Under the pieces are notes generated by a model. It saw nothing but the letters and a program-made list of their open reading frames with translations. It did no database searches and was not told the origin of the DNA. This document shows, piece after piece, positions 8,504-13,788 of a stretch of DNA of 64,000 bases (position 1 is its first letter; each line of letters starts with the position of its first letter). The translations under genes were made by a program, and so were the position numbers. This DNA comes from a virus: the IMG/VR virus record IMGVR_UViG_3300045988_149609; one strand, given 5' to 3'.

Positions 8504-9207
8504 TTGAAATAAATAATTTTGAAGATTATGTTGCAGCAATTACTGCTAATGCTAATCAATATTCACCAACACTTCCAAATAATCTTCAAACAGGAATTAA
8601 TACTTATGATTCTGTAAATGAATTACCTTTGGATAATTATTATTTTTCAGATGTACCATTAGAACAACATCCAGAAATTAATAAAAGCATAGCTAATAGT
8701 TTAGCTAATTCAGTAGTTACACCAACTACACCAGTTACAACATTACCAGAAGCAACAGTAACTGCAAAAAGAAAAAATAGATTTGTAAATGTTAAATCTA
8801 CAAATTCTAAACCTACAAGAGAAGCTTTAATGAAAAAATTAAATTCAGGAAATATTACATTTATAGATAAAAATGGTAAACAAGTAAAAGCAACAAAAGA
8901 ACAAATAGAAAAAATGAAACGTTGGGTATCTGGGCCTATGACAGGTAATCCTCCTTTAACGATAAGGGGGTTTGCATATAATATGCTACGAATTGCAGGT
9001 GCTCGAATAGCACATAAATTACCAATGATTGGAAAAATAGGATCTACAATAAAATCTGGTCTTAAAAAAGTAGAAGATATGTTACCTAAAAGATATGATA
9101 ATCCAACCCCAACAAATGGAAGATATATAAGTGCTGGTAAAAAAGGACTTAAACGTCTTTCTTCTAGTAGTAAAGCTGCTACTAGAAATGCTTTATTAAA
9201 TCCTTAA
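8470..9207 (+). CDS. -1-frame ORF with no ATG start; possible frameshift extension of the 766-aa gene
   Basis: This frame is open from 8467 and has no in-frame ATG before the track's TTG at 8629. It overlaps the last 12 codons of 6203..8503 in the -1 frame. A U_UUA_AAA slippery heptamer sits at 8467-8473. The product is basic, rich in K and R. Confidence 0.35.
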   Translation, partial: KNIFRNKFKLLIEINNFEDYVAAITANANQYSPTLPNNLQTGINTYDSVNELPLDNYYFSDVPLEQHPEINKSIANSLANSVVTPTTPVTTLPEATVTAKRKNRFVNVKSTNSKPTREALMKKLNSGNITFIDKNGKQVKATKEQIEKMKRWVSGPMTGNPPLTIRGFAYNMLRIAGARIAHKLPMIGKIGSTIKSGLKKVEDMLPKRYDNPTPTNGRYISAGKKGLKRLSSSSKAATRNALLNP

Positions 9208-9255
9208 AAAATATTAAAATTTAATTAATTGTTTGGTTATAAATAAATAATTAAC

Positions 9256-9263
9256 TATCTTTG
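9256..9263 (+). promoter_or_regulatory. -7 promoter box TATCTTTG(CA) for the tRNA operon
   Basis: TAnnTTTG located about 40-110 nt upstream of the first tRNA-like gene. Confidence 0.45.
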
Positions 9264-9371
9264 CACTGCTTCTGTGAAGAAGTAATGCAAGTTAAATGGT
9301 TATTGGGGATAGTTTATATTATCTTGAAGGTTCTAGATATAAACTTTTATGTAAGATTAAACCTTCATATT

Positions 9372-9443
9372 TGGCTAATAGTTCAATGGTTAGAACAGTA
9401 GACTGTTAATCTATTAATCTAAGTTCGATTCTTAGTGTCCCAA
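9372..9443 (+). tRNA. tRNA-like gene, possibly a degenerate tRNA-Asn (anticodon GTT)
   Basis: Good D arm (GTTC-aatggtta-GAAC), anticodon arm (GTAGA-CTGTTAA-TCTAT) and T arm (CTAAG-TTCGATT-CTTAG), but only 4 of 7 acceptor pairs form. This may be a pseudogene or a noncanonical tRNA. Confidence 0.3.
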
Positions 9444-9447
9444 CAAT

Positions 9448-9525
9448 ATTTCGGTAGCTCAGATGGTTAGAGTACCAGAGAGAGAGGAACTCTGGAGGTC
9501 ATTGGTTCAAATCCAATCTGAAGTA
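9448..9525 (+). tRNA. noncanonical tRNA-like gene with an expanded 9-nt anticodon loop
   Basis: The acceptor ATTTCGG/CTGAAGT pairs 7 of 7 (two G-U), the D arm is GCTC-AGATGGTTA-GAGT and the T arm is ATTGG-TTCAAAT-CCAAT. The anticodon stem CCAGAG/CTCTGG encloses a 9-nt loop AGAGAGGAA with no U33. Isotype is undetermined. Confidence 0.35.
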
Positions 9526-9540
9526 TTATTTTATGAAAGG

Positions 9541-9606
9541 CCCATAGTCCCTGAATATAAATAACTTAGCTGCAGCAATATTGTTATTATTAATTCAAAC
9601 TATGGG
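9541..9606 (+). repeat. structured repeat R1 (stem CCCATAGT / ACTATGGG around a ~50-nt loop)
   Basis: Ends 4 nt before tRNA-Thr. About 70% identical to R2. Its loop contains the palindrome GCTGCAGC. Confidence 0.4.
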
Positions 9607-9610
9607 ATAT

Positions 9611-9683
9611 GCTTCTATAGCTCAGTTGATAGAGCAATGGTTTTGTACTCCATGTGTCATAGGTTTGAATCCTATTAGAAGCT
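9611..9683 (+). tRNA. tRNA-Thr (anticodon TGT)
   Basis: Folds as a clean cloverleaf: GCTTCTA-TA-GCTC-AGTTGATA-GAGC-A-ATGGT-TTTGTAC-TCCAT-GTGTC-ATAGG-TTTGAAT-CCTAT-TAGAAGC-T. Confidence 0.8.
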
Positions 9684-9688
9684 CAAAT

Positions 9689-9761
9689 GACGCTATCTTC
9701 TAAATGGTTAGAAAACAAGATTTTCAATCTTGTAATTTGGGTTCGATTCCCAATGGCGTTA
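9689..9761 (+). tRNA. tRNA-Glu (anticodon TTC)
   Basis: Acceptor GACGCTA/TGGCGTT pairs 7 of 7 (two G-U). Anticodon arm is CAAGA-TTTTCAA-TCTTG and T arm is TTGGG-TTCGATT-CCCAA. The D stem is weak (3 of 4 pairs). Confidence 0.6.
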
Positions 9762-9778
9762 CAATTTAATATTTAATT

Positions 9779-9842
9779 CCTTGTAGTCCCTGATGTAGGA
9801 TAACTAGCCATGGTGATATTGTTATCATTTCAAACTATAAGG
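9779..9842 (+). repeat. structured repeat R2 (stem CCTTGTAGT / ACTATAAGG)
   Basis: Ends 4 nt before tRNA-Arg. Relative to R1 the stem shows compensatory changes (C:G to T:A, A:T to T:A) and the loop carries CCATGG in place of CTGCAG. Confidence 0.4.
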
Positions 9843-9846
9843 TTAA

Positions 9847-9920
9847 GCATCAGTAGCTCAACTGAATAGAGCAACGCCCTTCTAAGGCGTGGGTTGTGAG
9901 TTTGAGTCTCACCTGATGTA
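9847..9920 (+). tRNA. tRNA-Arg (anticodon TCT)
   Basis: Folds as a cloverleaf: GCATCAG-TA-GCTC-AACTGAATA-GAGC-A-ACGCC-CTTCTAA-GGCGT-GGGTT-GTGAG-TTTGAGT-CTCAC-CTGATGT-A. Confidence 0.8.
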
Positions 9921-9938
9921 CTATGAAAAATTTAAACT

Positions 9939-10064
9939 ATGAAAGATTTAGACACAAATAAAAAAGAAGATTTAAAATTTCATGAATATAAAATTGTTAT
10001 AGAAGATGGAATAAATTTAGATGAATTAATACGTTTTACAAAAGAATTATTTATTAAAAAATAA
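9939..10064 (+). CDS. small ORF (41 aa) between tRNA genes
   Basis: Reads MKDLDTNKKEDLKFHEYKIVIEDGINLDELIRFTKELFIKK. It has ATG and TAA and is not in the track. Coding status is uncertain. Confidence 0.25.
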   Translation: MKDLDTNKKEDLKFHEYKIVIEDGINLDELIRFTKELFIKK

Positions 10065-10109
10065 ATTAATAATTATTTTTAAAGTCAGTATTTTGAATAA
10101 TACTTATTA

Positions 10110-10182
10110 GAACTGTTAGCTCAATTGGTAGAGCATCACACTTTTAATGTGAGGGTTATGGAATCGTACTCCATACAGTTCA
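10110..10182 (+). tRNA. tRNA-Lys (anticodon TTT)
   Basis: Acceptor GAACTGT/ACAGTTC is perfect. D arm is GCTC-AATTGGTA-GAGC and anticodon arm is TCACA-CTTTTAA-TGTGA. Confidence 0.8.
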
Positions 10183-10190
10183 CAAGAATA

Positions 10191-10265
10191 GGACTCTTAG
10201 CTCAGATGGTTAGTAGCAACAAACTCATAATTTGAAGGTCATAGGTTCAAATCCTATAGAGTCCA
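10191..10265 (+). tRNA. tRNA with CAT anticodon (elongator Met, or Ile2 if lysidinylated)
   Basis: Acceptor GGACTCT/AGAGTCC is perfect. Anticodon loop is CTCATAA and T arm is ATAGG-TTCAAAT-CCTAT. The D stem has 3 pairs. It is not initiator-like. Confidence 0.65.
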
Positions 10266-10267
10266 CT

Positions 10268-10534
10268 ATGTGTTATATAGGAAAATTAATTAAAAATAAT
10301 ACAGGAGTAAGTTCAAAGAATTTCTTCTTAGTAGTAGTAACTATAATTGGTTGTATATTACTTATCATACCTGCTATTATATTAGCTATTGAAGTATTTT
10401 ATAATCATACAATTGCTACAAATTTAGATGGAATGGCAGCATATATTGCATCAGTAGCAGCAATATTTACATCTGCAGGAATTACTAAAGCTTGGTCAGA
10501 AAGATATGAAAACAATAAAACAAAAGAGAATTAA
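10268..10534 (+). CDS. small membrane protein (88 aa)
   Basis: Start moved to ATG 10268, because the track's TTG at 10232 overlaps the tRNA. Hydrophobic core FFLVVVTIIGCILLIIPAIILAI plus a second helix. Confidence 0.45.
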   Translation: MCYIGKLIKNNTGVSSKNFFLVVVTIIGCILLIIPAIILAIEVFYNHTIATNLDGMAAYIASVAAIFTSAGITKAWSERYENNKTKEN

Positions 10535-10820
10535 AATATTTAATACTACATATACTATTAAATATATAGATAAAATTGAAAATAACGAAAATAAATTTGT
10601 GTTTGGTAGAACAAATGCTATAGATAAACATATTTATATTGCTACTAAAAATGATAATAACAAAAAGTTATCAAATGTTGAGATAAAAACAACTCTTTAT
10701 CATGAATTAATTCATGCTATTCTTTCTGAAGGAGCTTATGGAAAAGAATCAGATAATGAACCTTTAGTAGAATGGATAGCTAAATGTTTAGTACAACTAA
10801 ATACTAATAATATAATATAA
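10506..10820 (+). CDS. HExxH-motif protein (104 aa), putative small zinc metallopeptidase (ImmA/IrrE- or SprT-like)
   Basis: TLYHELIHAILSEG carries the HExxH motif. It overlaps the upstream membrane-protein gene by 29 nt. Confidence 0.4.
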   Translation: MKTIKQKRIKIFNTTYTIKYIDKIENNENKFVFGRTNAIDKHIYIATKNDNNKKLSNVEIKTTLYHELIHAILSEGAYGKESDNEPLVEWIAKCLVQLNTNNII

Positions 10821-10831
10821 TAAAATAAAAT

Positions 10832-10917
10832 GGCTTCATGGTGAAAATGGTAGACACGAAGGACTTAAAATCCTTTGGGCAGAAATGTCCGTGCGAGTTC
10901 GAGTCTCGCTGAAGCTA
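10832..10917 (+). tRNA. tRNA-Leu (anticodon TAA)
   Basis: Class II tRNA with a long variable arm. Acceptor GGCTTCA/TGAAGCT, anticodon arm AAGGA-CTTAAAA-TCCTT, T arm GCGAG-TTCGAGT-CTCGC. Confidence 0.75.
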
Positions 10918-10936
10918 CTTAATTAAAATAAAAAAT

Positions 10937-11140
10937 ATGATAGGCAAAAAAGTAAAATCTATTAATACTATTGATCAACAATGGCAAGCAGAAAGTGATG
11001 CTAGAACTCTTGCTACATATCAAGAAATATTAGCTGATAAAAATAGAATGAATAGAGCTGTTAAAGAAGCAAATAAGCAAGCAGCAAATCTTACTAAAAG
11101 AGCAGCTTTAATGAAGAAAGCAGCTATTAAAAAGAAATAA
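10937..11140 (+). CDS. small basic protein (67 aa)
   Basis: ORF immediately after tRNA-Leu; K- and A-rich C-terminus. Confidence 0.45.
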   Translation: MIGKKVKSINTIDQQWQAESDARTLATYQEILADKNRMNRAVKEANKQAANLTKRAALMKKAAIKKK

Positions 11141-11142
11141 TT

Positions 11143-11280
11143 ATGATAAAAACATTACATGCTGATACAGCTAAACAATTAGCTGAAGCAATAAATAAAA
11201 GAAATATTACAAAGAACGAAATACTTAATATCATTAAGATGGAAGATCAATTTGTAGTATTTTATGAAAAAGAATATTGA
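11143..11280 (+). CDS. small ORF (45 aa), not in the track
   Basis: Reads MIKTLHADTAKQLAEAINKRNITKNEILNIIKMEDQFVVFYEKEY and fills the gap between two tightly packed genes. Confidence 0.3.
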   Translation: MIKTLHADTAKQLAEAINKRNITKNEILNIIKMEDQFVVFYEKEY

Positions 11281-11282
11281 AT

Positions 11283-11510
11283 ATGAGTGAAAAAATAGTT
11301 TTAAAAAATCCCACTCATACAAAAGCAGAATATAATGAAGAAGAAGTATATTATTGTTTAAATTGTTTATCATTACGTGTAGTTAACATTAGTGATTTAG
11401 ACTACTGTGATAAATGTGGTTCTATTGATATAGGACATTGTAATATAAAAGAGTGGGAAGAAAAGTATATAAAAAAGTACGGACATAAATACATACAAAA
11501 TGGAAAATAA
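11283..11510 (+). CDS. zinc-ribbon protein (75 aa)
   Basis: CLNC...CDKC forms a pair of CxxC motifs. Start taken as ATG 11283; the track used TTG 11277. Confidence 0.5.
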   Translation: MSEKIVLKNPTHTKAEYNEEEVYYCLNCLSLRVVNISDLDYCDKCGSIDIGHCNIKEWEEKYIKKYGHKYIQNGK

Positions 11511-11835
11511 ACAACGAATAAACACTGAAAAACTAAGTTATGAAGAATTGAGTAATGTATGTAATCAACTTGATACAAAGTGTAGACAACTTTCACAACA
11601 ATTGTATCAATTGCAACAATCACAAGCATTACTTAGACTTGAATTTCTTTTTAAGATTATAGATAAGAAAGATTCTTTTGATAAAGATTTTGTTAATAAT
11701 TGTGTTAATGAAATTAAAGAAATTATGACAATTAAAGAAGAATCTGAAGTTAAAGAAGAAATAAAAGAAAATAAAGAATCTGTTAATGAATCATCAAATG
11801 AAGTAGCAGGTTGTAAACGTTTTATAGCAGAATAA
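11500..11835 (+). CDS. coiled-coil hypothetical protein (111 aa)
   Basis: Q/L-rich heptad-like N-terminus and an E/K-rich C-terminus. Confidence 0.5.
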   Translation: MENKQRINTEKLSYEELSNVCNQLDTKCRQLSQQLYQLQQSQALLRLEFLFKIIDKKDSFDKDFVNNCVNEIKEIMTIKEESEVKEEIKENKESVNESSNEVAGCKRFIAE

Positions 11836-11836
11836 T

Positions 11837-12214
11837 ATGGAAAAGAAAGTTATTAGAATACCAACAAATTTAAATGATTTTTTTAAATGTTGGTTTATTT
11901 TCCTTTCTCCTTTACATAATCTTACTAATCGTGAATTAGATGTTGCTGCTGAATTTTTAAAGAAAAGATATGAATTAAGTAAGAGCATTATTAATAATGA
12001 TGATTTATTGGAAAGTACTCTTATGAATGAAGCAACTAAAAGAGAAATTAGAGAAAGTTGTAATCTTTCAGCTACTCATTTTCAAGTAATTATGGGTAAA
12101 CTTAGAAAAGCTAGAATTATAGAAAATAACAGAATTAATCCTAAATATATTCCTAATTTGAAAGAAGATAAAGGTGTTATTCAATTAGTTATTTTATTTG
12201 ATATAAATGAATGA
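11837..12214 (+). CDS. HTH DNA-binding protein (125 aa)
   Basis: SCNLSATHFQVIMGKLRKARII is a typical helix-turn-helix. A regulatory or small-terminase-like role is possible. Confidence 0.4.
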   Translation: MEKKVIRIPTNLNDFFKCWFIFLSPLHNLTNRELDVAAEFLKKRYELSKSIINNDDLLESTLMNEATKREIRESCNLSATHFQVIMGKLRKARIIENNRINPKYIPNLKEDKGVIQLVILFDINE

Positions 12215-12458
12215 AATTTATAAACAAGTAGCTAATAAGTTAGGGTTATCCAAAAAAGATGTAGAATTAGTATATAAAATGTATTGTTCTCTTATAAGAG
12301 AGAAAATTGAAAAAGTTGATATTGATAATATAGATTATACTGATACTACTAAAGGAGAAGGTTCTTTAATGAGTTTTAATCTAACAAGATTAGGTAAAAT
12401 TTATTTGAATAAAAATAAAATAAAAAGGAAGAATGAAGTTAAACATAAAGAAAATTAA
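12207..12458 (+). CDS. HU/IHF-like DNA-binding protein (83 aa), tentative
   Basis: The N-terminus MNEIYKQVANKLGLSKKDVELVYKMYCSLIREKIEK follows the HU N-terminal pattern. Confidence 0.3.
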   Translation: MNEIYKQVANKLGLSKKDVELVYKMYCSLIREKIEKVDIDNIDYTDTTKGEGSLMSFNLTRLGKIYLNKNKIKRKNEVKHKEN

Positions 12459-12915
12459 ACCAATGAATAATGTCCTTATAACTACAAAAGATGTATATAA
12501 GGATGATATTAAAACAGGAAGTATTGTTACAAAGGCTTCAGGTACAATGAAAGAATATCAAAAGGTTATCGCAATAGGGCCTATGGTGAGAAACATTAGT
12601 GTAGGTGATATTGTTATGATAAATCCTTCAAGATATGCAGTTAGAAAGTATAATGAAAAACCTATGGAAAATTCTATTAAAAATGATATGGAATTGAATC
12701 CTGTAGTAGGTTATAGATTTAATACAATAATGCTTGATAACGTTGAGCATCTTGTACTTTATGATCAAGATATTTCGTATGTAATTGAGGATTATGAAGA
12801 AATTTCAGATGAAGATTCAAATGCTAAAAATATTATTGGTGCTAAACCTTCAAATTCTATCATCCTACCCAAACAAAGAAAGATAAAATCAAGCAATCTG
12901 ATTATTCCTAATTAA
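12433..12915 (+). CDS. GroES (Cpn10)-like co-chaperonin (160 aa)
   Basis: IKPMNNVLITTKDV...KTGSIV...QKVIAIGP...ISVGDIVMIN...EHLVLYDQDISYVIE follows the GroES pattern, with an acidic C-terminal tail added. Confidence 0.45.
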   Translation: MKLNIKKIKPMNNVLITTKDVYKDDIKTGSIVTKASGTMKEYQKVIAIGPMVRNISVGDIVMINPSRYAVRKYNEKPMENSIKNDMELNPVVGYRFNTIMLDNVEHLVLYDQDISYVIEDYEEISDEDSNAKNIIGAKPSNSIILPKQRKIKSSNLIIPN

Positions 12916-12938
12916 TAACATAAAAAATTTAATATACA

Positions 12939-12970
12939 GGGGAAAGTTTTTACTTTTCCCTTTATTTGTT
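12939..12970 (+). terminator. rho-independent terminator
   Basis: GGGGAAAGT-tttt-ACTTTTCCC forms a 9-bp stem and is followed by TTTATTTGTTTG. It separates the small-gene block from the packaging module. Confidence 0.6.
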
Positions 12971-12976
12971 TGTAAT

Positions 12977-13534
12977 ATGAAACTAGTAAAATTAGATAAT
13001 TATGAAATTAAAGTAGAAGATGAGCTTCTATTACTTAAACCTTTTAATATTGTATATAAAGCAGATAAAACGTCTAATAAGAGTAAATTTTATGACTTTA
13101 TGACAATATTATATTTCACTTATGATCCAAGAAGTGATTTTAATTATATAGCAAATGAAGAACTTAGACTAAAAGAAGTATGTGAATCTAATGGTTTTAA
13201 AGTTCCTAAATTTAATAATAATGAACAAGAATGTATTAAACTTTATCAAAAATTAACTGAAACTTCAGCAAGTATTCTTCTTGAAAGAACAAGAATAGCT
13301 GTAGATAAATTAGGTAAATTTCTTGAACAAATAGACCTTACTAAAGAAGATGATAAAGGTAAACCTAAATATACAGTTAATTCAGTAGTTACTGCAATTA
13401 AACAAGTACCTCAACTAGCTAAAGATGTAATGGAAGCAGAAAAAGCTGTAGCTAAAGAAATTGAAGAACAAGGTAGAGCTAGAGGTAGTCAAGGTACTAA
13501 AAAATTAATGGATGATGGTATTTTAACAATTTAA
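12977..13534 (+). CDS. hypothetical protein (185 aa), first gene of the packaging module
   Basis: ORF directly after the terminator; acidic. A small-terminase role is possible from position alone. Confidence 0.45.
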   Translation: MKLVKLDNYEIKVEDELLLLKPFNIVYKADKTSNKSKFYDFMTILYFTYDPRSDFNYIANEELRLKEVCESNGFKVPKFNNNEQECIKLYQKLTETSASILLERTRIAVDKLGKFLEQIDLTKEDDKGKPKYTVNSVVTAIKQVPQLAKDVMEAEKAVAKEIEEQGRARGSQGTKKLMDDGILTI

Positions 13535-13536
13535 TT

Positions 13537-13788
13537 ATGATAATAGAAGATATTTTTAAGATAAAAGGAGAAGTAGATAAACAACATTATATTGTACATA
13601 AAACAATAACTCCAGATAAGCATTTTAAAGCAGTTAAAACATATAAAATTGATGTTTATATAACTCATGATAATATAGAACCTATTAAGAAATATAGTGT
13701 TCAAAAAATAACTAAACTAAACGATGAAGTTTGGAATGAATTAGAAAAAGAATTGCTAAAACAAATTTTTAATGAAAGAAGAGACTAA
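13537..13788 (+). CDS. hypothetical protein (83 aa)
   Basis: Tightly packed ORF overlapping the TerL start. Confidence 0.45.
   Translation: MIIEDIFKIKGEVDKQHYIVHKTITPDKHFKAVKTYKIDVYITHDNIEPIKKYSVQKITKLNDEVWNELEKELLKQIFNERRD

Noticed and set aside
9300-9371. Inverted repeat TGAAGGT…ACCTTCA (9325-9367) upstream of the first tRNA-like gene as an additional tRNA
   Set aside because: It has no T-loop or D-loop signature and is probably leader structure. A proposed far-upstream acceptor strand (TTGGGGA at 9303) would require a 60-nt insertion, which is implausible.
11179-11988. Minus ORFs 11179..11373, 11402..11629 and 11794..11988
   Set aside because: They are antisense to a coupled plus-strand small-gene operon.
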